This document shows, piece by piece, positions 38,841 to 48,922 of a stretch of 64,000 bases of DNA. This DNA is from an uncultured delta proteobacterium (GTDB lineage Bacteria > Myxococcota_A > Polyangia > Polyangiales > Polyangiaceae), in assembly GCA_963782055.1 (NCBI GenBank), contig CAWAIF010000003.1, positions 1,664,001 through 1,728,000 of the forward strand, written 5' to 3'. A program made the translations under genes and the position numbers. The notes below the pieces were generated by a model, which ran no database searches, was not told the DNA's origin, and saw only the letters and a program-made list of their open reading frames with translations. Each line of letters begins with the position of its first letter. Position 1 is the first letter of the stretch.

Positions 38841-39218
38841 TTACACCAGGACGAGGCGCACCCTCGGGTCCAGGCGGCGCAGGTCGTCCGGATCCGAGGT
38901 GGCCACAGCCAGCTCGTGCTCGCGCGCCGACAGCACCACAGAGGCATCGACCACATCGCGCGTGCCCGCGAGGCCGCACAGCTGTCCGGCGGCCCGGGCG
39001 CGATGATCGTCGAGCGGTTCGACGACGACGACGGGCGACCCCAGCAGCCGGGCCAGCCGCGCCTGGCGGGCGCCGTCGCGCCACACCCGCCCCACCACGC
39101 CGGCGGGCACGACGAGCTTCCCGCGGAGCATGACGAGCCTCTTGACGAGCATGACCACCTCGCGATCGCTACGCTCGAACGCGATGAGCGCGCCGGCGTC
39201 GAAGACCAGGCCGCTCAC
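38841..39218 (-). CDS. PIN-domain toxin (VapC-like)
   Basis: LVFDAGALIA, DVVDASVV, ATSDPDDL acidic PIN motifs. Confidence 0.85.
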   Translation of the reverse strand: MSGLVFDAGALIAFERSDREVVMLVKRLVMLRGKLVVPAGVVGRVWRDGARQARLARLLGSPVVVVEPLDDHRARAAGQLCGLAGTRDVVDASVVLSAREHELAVATSDPDDLRRLDPRVRLVLV

Positions 39219-39499
39219 GCCTTCTTCTTCGTGCGGCCCGACGCGAGGCGCGTGGTACGCCGGCGCCCCGGGCCGAGGACGAGGCGGTCGACGCGCGTCT
39301 GCTCCGCCCGGGTCATCGGTCCGCCAATCTCCTCGAGCATCTGGTTCAGGAGATCGTCCAGCTCGTCGAGCGTCGCCTTCTGCTCGAGCGCGGCCGCCAC
39401 GTAGGCGCTGAGGGACGCGGCGCGCCCGCGCCGGACGGCGCGCTTCGCCCGCCGGAAGGTCTCCTCGGGAAGACTGACGGCGAGCTTCACGGTGGTCAT
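39215..39499 (-). CDS. Ribbon-helix-helix antitoxin
   Basis: KLAVSLPEE...SLSAYVAAAL; GTGA overlap with the PIN gene. Confidence 0.82.
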   Translation of the reverse strand: MTTVKLAVSLPEETFRRAKRAVRRGRAASLSAYVAAALEQKATLDELDDLLNQMLEEIGGPMTRAEQTRVDRLVLGPGRRRTTRLASGRTKKKA

Positions 39500-39501
39500 A
39501 C

Positions 39502-39518
39502 CCGTGATACTACCACGG
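39502..39518. promoter_or_regulatory. Putative TA operator palindrome
   Basis: CCGTGATA-C-TACCACGG (7/8) directly upstream of the antitoxin ATG. Confidence 0.55.
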
Positions 39519-39616
39519 CAAGCTCGAGCGGGTGGCTCGCCGGGTGGGCGCGCGCGAACACGCGCTTGACGCGCCGCCGGGGGCGCGGGATATCCTGCCG
39601 CCCGCGAGGTTCACCC

Positions 39617-40240
39617 ATGGCGATCGTGCTCTACCACCACCCCTTCTCCCGCGCTGCCGGCGTCCTCTGGATGCTCGAGGAGGTGGGCGTCCCCTACGAA
39701 CTGCGCTTCGTCGACCTCATGAAGGGCGAGCAGAAGAGCCCGGCGATCGTCGCGCTCAACCGGATGGGCAAGCTGCCCATCCTCACCGACGGCGACGCGG
39801 TGGTCACGGAGGGCGCGGCGATCGGCCTCTACCTCGCCGACCGCTACGCGCCCGGGCGCCTCGCGCCGGCGGTCGACGACCCCGCGCGCGCGACGTATCT
39901 CCGCTGGTCGCTCTTCGCGCCCTCGGTCGTCGAGCCGGGCGCGATGGCGAAGGCCGGAGGGTGGACCTTCAAGGCGAGCCAGGCCGGGTGGGGCGACTAC
40001 GACGCCATGCTCGGGGCCATGGAGGGTGCGCTCGCGGATGGCGAGTACCTGCTCGGCGAGCGCTTCTCGATGGCGGACGTCATCTTCGGCGGCACGGTGC
40101 GCTACATGCTCCGCTTCAAGATGATCGAGGCGAGGCCGGTGTTCACCGCGTACGCCGAGCGCCTCGACGCGCGCCCGGCGCTCCAGCGCGCCGACGCGAA
40201 GAACGCCGAGGTGATCGCGGCGCACGGCTTGAATCACTGA
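39617..40240 (+). CDS. Glutathione S-transferase family protein
   Basis: LYHHPFSRA, MLEEVGVPYE, NRMGKLP.L.DGD, EGAAIGLYLAD, GERFSMADV. Confidence 0.93.
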   Translation: MAIVLYHHPFSRAAGVLWMLEEVGVPYELRFVDLMKGEQKSPAIVALNRMGKLPILTDGDAVVTEGAAIGLYLADRYAPGRLAPAVDDPARATYLRWSLFAPSVVEPGAMAKAGGWTFKASQAGWGDYDAMLGAMEGALADGEYLLGERFSMADVIFGGTVRYMLRFKMIEARPVFTAYAERLDARPALQRADAKNAEVIAAHGLNH

Positions 40241-40344
40241 GCAGCAGTGCAGTCTCTCGACAGGTGGCATACGCACTGTCGCCCGTAGTGCGGATAGTCG
40301 TCGCCAGTCGTGTAGGCGGCTAGTCGGCGCAACGGCCTTGTGCG

Positions 40345-41007
40345 ATGATGGCCGGCGTGACGATTGCCTCCCCGGCCGCGATTCCCCCGCTCGGTCTTCT
40401 GCTCGCGTCCGCCGCGCTCACCGTCTCACTCGCGCGCTCCGCCCTCGCCTCGCCGGACGTCCGCCCTCGGTACGCCGGCGCCACGTTCGCCGCCCAGGCC
40501 GGCGCCGGGCTGGGTGGCTACGAGCTCATCACCGTCGGCGGGGACGTCTTCACCGGCTACCGCCTCTCCCGGTGGGTCTCGCTCGAGGGCTTCTTCGGCT
40601 ACCGCTTCGCGACGGCCCCGTCTGCCTCGCAAGAAGCTGTTGGCGCGGCGTGCGCCGGGGCGACGGACCACTGGCGGACCGAGGTCCTCGGCGCGCGCCT
40701 CTGGATCCACCTGCTTCACCGGCGGACCGTGGACGTCTCGATCGCGCCCTCCGTTGCCGCTGGCGTCTCCTTCAACCGCGGCGAGTTCGAGGCCTTCCGT
40801 CCCGGCGTCGGGTGCGGCCAGGTGCTCCTCACCAAGGCGGGCTGGGCCTTCGACGGCGGGCTGGACTTCGGTGTGGAGGTCCGCCCAGCGCGCTGGCTCG
40901 GGCTGCGTGCGATGATGGAGACGTCGATCGACCTTGGGCACGCCGGCGGTGAGGCCTACGACGTGCTCTCGGTGAGCGGCTGGGTCGGCCCCGTCCTTCG
41001 GTTCTGA
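40345..41007 (+). CDS. Outer-membrane beta-barrel-like protein
   Basis: Signal-like N-terminus, amphipathic strands, terminal Phe (VLRF). Confidence 0.65.
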   Translation: MMAGVTIASPAAIPPLGLLLASAALTVSLARSALASPDVRPRYAGATFAAQAGAGLGGYELITVGGDVFTGYRLSRWVSLEGFFGYRFATAPSASQEAVGAACAGATDHWRTEVLGARLWIHLLHRRTVDVSIAPSVAAGVSFNRGEFEAFRPGVGCGQVLLTKAGWAFDGGLDFGVEVRPARWLGLRAMMETSIDLGHAGGEAYDVLSVSGWVGPVLRF

Positions 41008-41054
41008 GCATGCTCGTCCATCCGCGCCCGCAGCGGCGCGTCCGGCCCGCACGC

Positions 41055-41605
41055 TCACGGCTTCTGCGCGGCCGGGTCCAGCACGCGACCGGCGAACAGC
41101 ACCTGTCCCGTCTTCCGGCTGCGCACGAAGAACAGGAACGGACGGTCCACCCCCGTCGCCGCGGCCGCGGTCGTGCCGGTCTCGTCCACCTGGATGAACG
41201 CGCGGTGAAAGACGTCGCTCACCGACAGCCGGTCCTGCGGGCGGGAGGGCTTCGTGATGCCGGAGAAGTCCGCCGCGACGCGGAAGGCGGTCCGCACGCC
41301 ATCGCCTCGAGCTCCGGCTTGATCGACCGACCCCACGCGCCACTCGAAGCGCGGAAGCGACGGCACCACCTTCGTCTTCGCGAGGCCCTTGCTCCACGCG
41401 TCGATCACCCCGCCGCTCAGCCCGGCGAGCACGCCGTCGATCGGGGTGGTGCTCGGCGGCAGCGCCACGAGCAGCGCCCGGTCGCTCTTGTCGTAGGGTA
41501 GCTCGACGATCTGCACGCCCCCCGCTCTCCGCGTGGAGCATGTCTGCCGACCACCGTGAGAAGAGCGAGAGCGATCGATGCGCGCGCGAGCTTCATGCGC
41601 GCCAT
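41055..41605 (-). pseudogene. Serpin remnant
   Basis: VELPY, LPRF, ADFSGI, VFHRAFIQVDETGTTAAAAT, DRPFLF..TGQVLFAGRV. N-terminal half missing, several frameshifts, reactive loop deleted. Confidence 0.85.
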
Positions 41606-41636
41606 GGTAGACGAAGCCGATGCGCCACGCGTGGCC

Positions 41637-42674
41637 TCACCGCGTCGCCCAGCTGGCTGCCTCGTAGTACCTCGCCTGCGGATCGCCCAGGTACCGCCAC
41701 GGGTACTCGGTGTAAGCGTACGACCCGATGCGCATGAACGCCTGCGCCGCGCGCTCCCGGTCGCCCGCGCGCCAGAACCAGAACGCCGCCTCGTTCAGCA
41801 GGTAGATGGTGCTCGCGCGCGGCACGTGCCCCGGCGCGGCGAGGGACGCGTGGTACGCCGAGGCGCACTCCGCGCGGTTCGCCTCGGAGTGGACGTACGC
41901 GTCGGCCGCGGTCTTGTCGCCGTCGAAGTGCTGCTTGTACGCCCACACCTCCACGTGCGCCCGGATGACGAGCGCGACGAGGTCGGAGCCGGGGCGCGCG
42001 CTGGTCGCCACCCCCCGCGCGAAGGCGAGCTGGTCCTCGTGCGAGCCGTGCCACTTGGCGGCGAGGAAGGAGAGCATGTTGTTGTGGGCGAAGAAGTTGT
42101 CGGGATCGCGCCGCACGGCCTCGTCCAGGTAGCGCTGCGCGGCCGGCTTGCCGAGATCACGCGCGCGGGCGATGGTCACCAGCAACGCCCACGGCGTGGG
42201 GTCGGCGGGGTCCATCTGCGCGGCGCGCTCCAGGTCCTGCTGCGCGAGCGCGAGCCGCTCCTCGAAGAGCTGCCGGCCCGCCTGGCTGACGGAAGACGCC
42301 TTGCCGCTGCCGCGCGCCTCCCACGCCCAGAAGATGCCGTGGCGGCCGCGCATCAGGAAGGGCTCCGGCGCGTTCGGCTGGGTCGCGCACCACGTGTCGA
42401 TGGCCGCCCGGCCCATCCCCTCGCTCACCACCTCGACGGCCATCCCGCGCTCGTCCCAGCGGCCTTCGCGGCAGGCGGCGAGGTAAGCGAACAGTCCGCT
42501 GAAGTCGTTCTTCTGGACGCTGGCGACGAGCGCCTGGATGTCGGGGCCGCCGATGGCGCCTGCGCCGCGCGCCTGCGCACCGCCGCCCTCGCCGCTCTTG
42601 CGGCGGGCGAGGAGGTATGCGAGCGCGACGATGGTGAGGCCGACGACCGGCGTCAGGATCTGGCTGAGCGACAT
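41637..42674 (-). CDS. DUF4034-like protein with N-terminal TM
   Basis: WAWEARGSG.AS.VS...F.ERL..A, DPADPTPW, L.AKWHGSHE...FAR. Confidence 0.75.
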   Translation of the reverse strand: MSLSQILTPVVGLTIVALAYLLARRKSGEGGGAQARGAGAIGGPDIQALVASVQKNDFSGLFAYLAACREGRWDERGMAVEVVSEGMGRAAIDTWCATQPNAPEPFLMRGRHGIFWAWEARGSGKASSVSQAGRQLFEERLALAQQDLERAAQMDPADPTPWALLVTIARARDLGKPAAQRYLDEAVRRDPDNFFAHNNMLSFLAAKWHGSHEDQLAFARGVATSARPGSDLVALVIRAHVEVWAYKQHFDGDKTAADAYVHSEANRAECASAYHASLAAPGHVPRASTIYLLNEAAFWFWRAGDRERAAQAFMRIGSYAYTEYPWRYLGDPQARYYEAASWATR

Positions 42675-42863
42675 GACGGTGACCTCCCCTGATCGGACCC
42701 GGCGATGCGCGAGCGGCGTCGCGTGGCGGAGCCCCGCACCTCCCCGGTGCCGCAGAGACGATAGCTCAGGTGGGCGGGGCCCGGCGAGGAGGCCCTCACC
42801 GACCGACTCGTCGAACGGGCCGGCCGTCTTGCGACGGACCCGGGTGCCCTGTACTGCGAGCGC

Positions 42864-43247
42864 ATGACAGAGCCGGAAGCACGCGGCGGCATGACTCCCC
42901 AGACCTCCGACGTCGAGGCCGAGTGGGCGCGCGCCAACAAGGGCGCGTGGAAGCGGCGCCTGCCGTTCGTCGTGGGGCTGGTGGTGGGGCTGCTGGGGGC
43001 GGGCCTCGGCCTGGGGATCGCGGCGGCGCTCGGCGGCGGGGCCCAGGCGCACCAGAAGGAGCTGGACGATCAGGGTCTGCGGGAGGTCTGCATCAAGGCC
43101 GGCTGCCACGAGCGCGAAGCGATGGGCTCGGGGATCATCCTGATCGCTCTCCCCGCCGTGCTCGCGCTCGGCGGGTTCGCCGGCGGGTTCCTGGTCTCGG
43201 GCGGCAAGCTGTCGGGGGCGTACGCGGCCGGCTTGCGGCGGCTGTGA
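42864..43247 (+). CDS. Hypothetical 2-TM protein
   Basis: Two hydrophobic helices flanking a CxxxxC loop. Confidence 0.65.
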   Translation: MTEPEARGGMTPQTSDVEAEWARANKGAWKRRLPFVVGLVVGLLGAGLGLGIAAALGGGAQAHQKELDDQGLREVCIKAGCHEREAMGSGIILIALPAVLALGGFAGGFLVSGGKLSGAYAAGLRRL

Positions 43248-43269
43248 TCGCGGCAAACGACGGGGTGAC

Positions 43270-44064
43270 CTACCCGGCCGGCTTCTCCATGATCACCGCC
43301 GCGATCCGCACGATCAGCCGCCGTGGCACGAAGCGCAGAAGCCACATCCCGATCGAGTTCGTCACGCCGGCGACGACGTTCCGCCGCCCCGCGAAGAGGG
43401 CGCGCAGGCCGATGCGCGCGCAGCGCTCGGCGGACATGAGCGCCGCCTTCACCAGGGCGGTCTCCTTCTGCCCGGAGACCTGGAGGAACTCGGTCGCGGT
43501 GCCGCCCGGGCACAGGCAGCACACGCGAACGGGCGTGCGGCGCAGCTCGAAGGCGAGCGCCTCGGTGAAGTTGCGCACGTAGGCCTTGCCGGCCGCGTAG
43601 GCCGCGTAGTCCGGCACGGGCATGTACGCGCCGATCGAGGCCACGTTGAGGATCCAGCCCTGCCCGCGCGACAGCATCGCCTTCGCGAAGCGGTGCGTGA
43701 GCTCGGTGAGCGAGACGACGTTGAGCTGGAGCTGCTCGCGCTGCCTGTCCCACGGGATGTCGACGAAGTGCTCCTGCGTGCCGAAGCCCGCGTTGTTGAT
43801 CAGGACGTCGACGCGCTTGCCGGCGGCCTCCACCTTCTCGAACAGCTCGGACGGCGCGCCCGGCTGGCCGAGGTCGAGCGGCACCACCTCGACCTCGACC
43901 GAGTGCCTGGCGCGCAGCTCCCCGGCGAGCGCCTCCAGCCTGTCGGCGCGGCGCGCCGTGATGACGAGGTTCATGCCGCGCGCGGCGAGCTGGCGCGCGA
44001 AGTGCTCGCCGATGCCGCTCGACGCGCCGGTCACCAGCGCGGTTCGCCCCTTCAGTGGTTCCAT
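43270..44064 (-). CDS. Classical SDR oxidoreductase
   Basis: TGASSGIG, NNAG, YAAGK, LCPGGTATEF. Confidence 0.94.
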   Translation of the reverse strand: MEPLKGRTALVTGASSGIGEHFARQLAARGMNLVITARRADRLEALAGELRARHSVEVEVVPLDLGQPGAPSELFEKVEAAGKRVDVLINNAGFGTQEHFVDIPWDRQREQLQLNVVSLTELTHRFAKAMLSRGQGWILNVASIGAYMPVPDYAAYAAGKAYVRNFTEALAFELRRTPVRVCCLCPGGTATEFLQVSGQKETALVKAALMSAERCARIGLRALFAGRRNVVAGVTNSIGMWLLRFVPRRLIVRIAAVIMEKPAG

Positions 44065-44089
44065 GGGGCGGCACTCTACTTCGTGCGCG

Positions 44090-46063
44090 TCAGGCCCGCG
44101 ACGGGGCGCGCGACGCCACGCGGTACAGGCCCCACACCACCAGGCACACCAGCGCGAGCCCCGGCAGCGCGGAGTGATGCACCCCGAACACCGCGAGCAC
44201 GTCGGAGCGCCCGGAGAGCACGATCGGGATCGCCATCAGGATGCCGACCAGCGCCTCGCCCGTGATGAGCCCGGAGGACAGCAGCAGGCCGCGCTGCTCC
44301 AGGTCCTTCTTCGCGTCCTCCGACAGTCCGGCCTCGCGGCGCGCGACCGCGCGCTTCACGAAGTGCGCGATCAGCCCGCCGACGATGATCGGCGTCGAGA
44401 GCTCCAGCGGCAGGTAGATGCCCACCGCGACGGCGAGCACCGGCGCGCGGAAGGCGGACCCGCGCTTCTCCAGCACTAGGTCCACCACGATGATGACCAC
44501 CGCCAGCCCCATGCCGATGAACACCATCGGCCACGGCAGCCCGCCCTCGAACACGCCGCGCGCGACCGAAGCCATCAGCGTCGCCTGCGGCGCGGTGAGC
44601 GACTGCGGGTGCGCGGCGGTGTGCGGGCCGATGCCGTACGCCGCGAGCAGGAGGTTCAGGATGGGCGCCATCACGAACGCGGAGACGCCCGTGCCGACGA
44701 TCAGCATCACCTGCTGCTTCCAGGGCGTCGCGCCGACCAGGTAGCCCGTCTTGAGATCGTGCAGGTTGTCCCCGGCGATCGCCGACGCGCACGCGACCAC
44801 CGCGCCGATCAGGATCGCCGCGGCCGCCCCGCTCGCGCCCGTCGCCCCGAAGACGAAGAGCAACAGAAGCGACGCGAAGAGGATGGTCGCGATCGTCACG
44901 CCGGAGACGGGGTTGTTGGACGACCCGACGAGGCCCGTCATGTACCCGGACACCGCGGAGAAGAGGAAGCCGGCGAGCACCATGATCACGGCCATGCCCA
45001 GGCTCATGCCGACGTGACCGACGAGGAAGTGATACAGAAAATAGAGCGGCAGGATCGACAGCACGATCACCACCAGCACCCACTGCATCGGCATGTCCCG
45101 CTCGGTGCGCGGCGTCTCCGCGCTGCCCTTGTCCTTGAGTCTCCTGTAGGCATCGAGCCCGGAGCGGATGCCGGTGAGCACGCTGCCGCGCATGCGCACC
45201 AGCGCCCACAGGCCACCCACCACCATCGCGCCCACACCGAGGTAGCGTGTCTGCGCGGACCAGACGTCCAGCGCGTGATCCGCCGCGCTCTGTCCGGCGG
45301 GCACCCCGCCGTGGAGCCAGGTCAGGATGGGGATCGCGATCCAGAAGTTCAGGACGCCGCCGGCGAAGACGAGCACCGCGATGTTCAGGCCGACGATGTA
45401 GCCGACCGCGATGAGCGCGGGCGACAGATCCGAGCCGATGTAGAAGAGGGTCCGCTTGCCCGCGAGGGGGGTCGCCCACTCCGCCGTCTCCTTCCACAGC
45501 CGGAGCCCCGTCTGGCCGAGCTTGAAGAGCGCCGACACGATCGCCGCGCCGGTGACGAGCCGCACGCCGGCCCCGCCGCGCTCGCCGGTCTCCAGCACCT
45601 CCGCGCAGGCGACGCCCTCCGGGAACTGCAGCGGATCCTCGACGATCAGCGCGCGGCGGAGCGGCACGGTGAAGAGCACGCCGAGGATGCCCCCGAAGCC
45701 CGCGATCAAGGTGGTCTGCAGGAAGTCGAAGTGACGCCAGGTGCCGAGCAGCACCAGCGCGGGCACCGTGAAGATGACGCCCGCGGCGAGCGACTCCCCC
45801 GCGCTCGCGCACGTCTGCACGATGTTGTTCTCCAGGATGTTGGAGCGCTTGAAGAAGCGGAGCACCCCCATCGAGATGACCGCCGCGGGGATGGACGCGG
45901 AGACCGTCATCCCCGCGAAGAGGCCGAGGTAGGCGTTCGCGCCGGCGAGCACCACCGCCAGCACCACGCCGAGGATCACCGCCTTGACGGTGATCTCCGG
46001 AAGCGAGGTGGAGCTCGGGATGAAGGGCCCGGAGGAGCCGTCGCGCTGCGGTGCGGGTGTCAC
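44090..46063 (-). CDS. OPT family oligopeptide transporter
   Basis: ANAYLGLFAG.TVSASIPAAVIS, ENNIVQT, FPEG, GSSNNPVSG, DLKTGYLVGATPWKQQ, APQATLM. Confidence 0.96.
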   Translation of the reverse strand: MTPAPQRDGSSGPFIPSSTSLPEITVKAVILGVVLAVVLAGANAYLGLFAGMTVSASIPAAVISMGVLRFFKRSNILENNIVQTCASAGESLAAGVIFTVPALVLLGTWRHFDFLQTTLIAGFGGILGVLFTVPLRRALIVEDPLQFPEGVACAEVLETGERGGAGVRLVTGAAIVSALFKLGQTGLRLWKETAEWATPLAGKRTLFYIGSDLSPALIAVGYIVGLNIAVLVFAGGVLNFWIAIPILTWLHGGVPAGQSAADHALDVWSAQTRYLGVGAMVVGGLWALVRMRGSVLTGIRSGLDAYRRLKDKGSAETPRTERDMPMQWVLVVIVLSILPLYFLYHFLVGHVGMSLGMAVIMVLAGFLFSAVSGYMTGLVGSSNNPVSGVTIATILFASLLLLFVFGATGASGAAAAILIGAVVACASAIAGDNLHDLKTGYLVGATPWKQQVMLIVGTGVSAFVMAPILNLLLAAYGIGPHTAAHPQSLTAPQATLMASVARGVFEGGLPWPMVFIGMGLAVVIIVVDLVLEKRGSAFRAPVLAVAVGIYLPLELSTPIIVGGLIAHFVKRAVARREAGLSEDAKKDLEQRGLLLSSGLITGEALVGILMAIPIVLSGRSDVLAVFGVHHSALPGLALVCLVVWGLYRVASRAPSRA

Positions 46064-46135
46064 GGCGAAGCGGACGGTACCACGCCGGGGCGCCGGCCTT
46101 GTATGACTGGGCCATGCCCCGCGTGCTGCGCGGTC

Positions 46136-46444
46136 TTAGTTCGTCGAGCAGCGCGTGAAGTCCGCGTCGACGTGGGTCGTGCCGCCACCGGGCCTCGGGC
46201 ACGCGACGTGCAGGTGTCCGGTCACCGCATGCACGCCGTTCACCCGCGCGTTCGCCCACTCCACGTGTACGTTCCAGGTGGAGCAGGACTGGTCGGTCAC
46301 GTGGAACGACCTTTCGTCGTCGTCCGGCGCGTACACGACGAGCGAGGACTTCGGGCCGGAGCCGATGACGCGCACGCGATGACCGTCGCGGCCCTTCAGT
46401 CCGGGTGCCCGGCGATGAGCACCGCCGAGCGAGCGGGACGTCAA
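46136..46444 (-). CDS. Small hypothetical protein or C-terminal gene fragment
   Basis: Protein-like C-terminal ~85 aa with three Cys; start not convincing. Confidence 0.4.
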   Translation of the reverse strand: MTSRSLGGAHRRAPGLKGRDGHRVRVIGSGPKSSLVVYAPDDDERSFHVTDQSCSTWNVHVEWANARVNGVHAVTGHLHVACPRPGGGTTHVDADFTRCSTN

Positions 46445-46471
46445 CCCGCGGGCCGGACGCCCGCAGCTGCG

Positions 46472-47632
46472 TCACTCCGCGGCGTGCATCGTCTTGAACG
46501 TGGGAGCTTCCGGTGGCCAGCCGACTTCCACGACGGAGCCATCATAACGAAGCGCGTAGAGCTGACCGACGAGTCCGGCAATCTCCTTCACGTTCGACAG
46601 CCCGGCGACCACGGTCGGCACGAGCGCGCACGTGTCGCCGATTCCGCAGTTACCCGTCGAGCCGGGCGAGTAGGGATAGACCGCGCCCCAGCACACGACG
46701 CTCCGGTCGGCCCGGATGGCGCACGTCGCGTTCACACGGGTGACGACGTGCTGGTAGCCCGAGCCGATCAGCACGGGGGTCTCCCTCGGCGTCGTAGTGC
46801 CGTCGCCCAACTGACCGTCGTCGTTCGCGCCCCAGCAGTAGAGACTGGTGTCGTCCGTGATCGCGCAGGACGTGCCGCCAAAATAGTCGTCGGTCGTCGC
46901 CTGGACCACGTGCGTGAGGATCGGATGCGAGCCGCCCGTCATCGGGTACAGGTCACCGCTCTCCAGGATGGCAAAGTCGCCGGCGAGCCTGCGGACGGGA
47001 CCAGGAAATGACGCCGCGTGGCCATGACCCCAGCACACCACCTTGCCCGCGAAATCCACCCCGCACGCGTGGTGCACCTGGCGGAGACCCATGACGCCGG
47101 GGAGCTGCGACCAGTCGGCGACGCATGGGTAGCAGCCAGGGCCGAAGAGTTGGACGCAGTTGGACTCGTTGCACCCCGTCCGGCTCTCGGGCGGATGATC
47201 GCAGCCGTTGTAGCAGCTATCGGTAGGGATCGAGCCGAGCTCCCCATCGACGTTCGAGCCCGTGCACAGCACCTCGCCCGTAGGGAGCGACGCGCACTCC
47301 CAGGCCGTCGGTGGGCTACCCATGATCGAGATCGACGGAAAGCCCCCTGCCGAGATGCTCGTCGCGCGGTCCAGCGCGGGCTCGGGCTCGTCGAGCCGGG
47401 CGCCGCCGAGCACCTCGCCGTCGAGCGCCCGGGCGTAGATGAGGGTGCCGTAGTCGTCATCGAAGAGGTGCACGAGCGGCACGTCGAGCGTCCGCCCGGC
47501 GTCGGGCGCGCCGGGCGCCGTCGTCGTCTCGCACCCCAGCGCGGAGATCGCGATCGCCGGCAGCGGGAGAAGGAGGGGCAGCGGACGCACGAAATGACTG
47601 TGTCGGTCTGGAGGGCTCGCTGCCATGGGCAA
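46472..47632 (-). CDS. RCC1/BLIP-II repeat lipoprotein
   Basis: Lipobox ALGC; VLCTGSNVDGELG, VVCWG, LYCWGANDDGQLGDG. Start may be GTG 47590. Confidence 0.8.
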   Translation of the reverse strand: MPMAASPPDRHSHFVRPLPLLLPLPAIAISALGCETTTAPGAPDAGRTLDVPLVHLFDDDYGTLIYARALDGEVLGGARLDEPEPALDRATSISAGGFPSISIMGSPPTAWECASLPTGEVLCTGSNVDGELGSIPTDSCYNGCDHPPESRTGCNESNCVQLFGPGCYPCVADWSQLPGVMGLRQVHHACGVDFAGKVVCWGHGHAASFPGPVRRLAGDFAILESGDLYPMTGGSHPILTHVVQATTDDYFGGTSCAITDDTSLYCWGANDDGQLGDGTTTPRETPVLIGSGYQHVVTRVNATCAIRADRSVVCWGAVYPYSPGSTGNCGIGDTCALVPTVVAGLSNVKEIAGLVGQLYALRYDGSVVEVGWPPEAPTFKTMHAAE

Positions 47633-47915
47633 TTCGCCGTGAGTATCGACTCCGATGAGTACCGATCAGCCCGCGCAGCTGCGTCGAGTCGTTCCCGAGA
47701 CGAGGCGCATGGAGTCCGGCGAGGTGGGCGTCCCGTTGCGTGTCGGACCGCGCCACGATTCGTGCCCGGGCGGGTGTCCAGGGACGGCCTCCGCGGACAG
47801 GGGTGACAGCGCACCGCTCCGCGATCGCACGGCAAACCCGCCTCGAGCGCGCTGGCACGGCCCCTGCTCAGGCTCCTCCCATGCACGGCCGACGCGGCGG
47901 TGAAGGCGAGCTACC

Positions 47916-48656
47916 ATGAGCGTGATGATCACCTCGCGGGCCTCCTCCCTGCGCCACCTGCGCCCCGTGCAGCCGCTGGACTTCCCGGCGTCGCGAGAGG
48001 AGTGGGAGCTGGGTCAGTCGCTGCGTCACCTTCACCTGTGCGAGCTGCTGCACCAGATCCTGCTCGCCGCGGTCACGCCGCAGGACAGCGTGGGCGCGGA
48101 TCAGTTCGTCTACTTCGACGCGGGCGATCCGGGCCGGTGCCTCGCGCCGGATGGCTTCGTCAAGCGCGGCCACTCGCAGGACTTCTTCTCCTCCTGGAAG
48201 GTGTGGGAGCGCGGCACGCCGGAGCTCTGCGTGGAGATCCTCAGCCCGAGCGACACCCGCGAGCCGCTCACCCTGGAGAAGAAGCTCGCCCTCTACCGGG
48301 CACTCGGCACCCTGGAGGTCGTGTGCTTCGACGCGGACGAGGGGCGCGTGCGCGCGTGGGATCGGATCGAGGGCGATCTGGTGGAGCGGGACGTCCCCGC
48401 CGGTGGCGGCACCCCTTGCCTCACGCTGGACGCCGAGTGGGTGATCGCTCCCGGCGGCGTCGTGGGCGCGGCCCTGCGACTGGCGCGGGAGGGCGCGCTG
48501 GTGCTCACGCCGGAGGAGCGCGCCGTCGCCGGCGAGCAGGCCGAGCGCGCGGCGAAGGAGCAGGAGCGCGCGGCGAAGGAGCAGGAGCGCGCCGCGAAGG
48601 AGGAGGCGCTCGCGGAGGTCGCCCGGCTGCGCGCGCTGCTGGATGACCGCGGCTGA
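47916..48656 (+). CDS. Uma2 (DUF820) family PD-(D/E)xK endonuclease-like protein with coiled-coil tail
   Basis: LAPDGFV, PELCVEILSPSD, KLALY..LG..E; EQERAAK repeats at 48534-48599. Confidence 0.88.
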   Translation: MSVMITSRASSLRHLRPVQPLDFPASREEWELGQSLRHLHLCELLHQILLAAVTPQDSVGADQFVYFDAGDPGRCLAPDGFVKRGHSQDFFSSWKVWERGTPELCVEILSPSDTREPLTLEKKLALYRALGTLEVVCFDADEGRVRAWDRIEGDLVERDVPAGGGTPCLTLDAEWVIAPGGVVGAALRLAREGALVLTPEERAVAGEQAERAAKEQERAAKEQERAAKEEALAEVARLRALLDDRG

Positions 48657-48764
48657 CGCGGTGCGCGTGGCGCGTGCTCCCGCTCATGCTCGCGTGCTCG
48701 GCCGCGACGGGAGTGCACGATGGCGACGAGCTCGCGGCCTGCGCGCGCTGCGCGTGAGCGGTCC

Positions 48765-48841
48765 GCGCGCGCCTCCTCCCCCGGCCCATCGCTCGCTCGC
48801 GCTCGCTCGGGCGGGGAGGATGGTCTGGGCGCTGGTGGCGG
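48765..48841 (+). repeat. Dispersed structured repeat, copy 1
   Basis: CTCCTCCCCCGGCCCATCGCTCGCTCGCGCTCGCTCGGGCGGGGAGGATGGTC..GCGCTGGTGGCGG; matches copies 2 and 3. Confidence 0.9.
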
Positions 48842-48922
48842 TCGCCCCGAAGTGCGCGAGCGGGATGCCGCCGAGGCGCCGTCGGTGCTACCGGCGGAGA
48901 CGGGGTGCGCCGGCCGCGCGGG

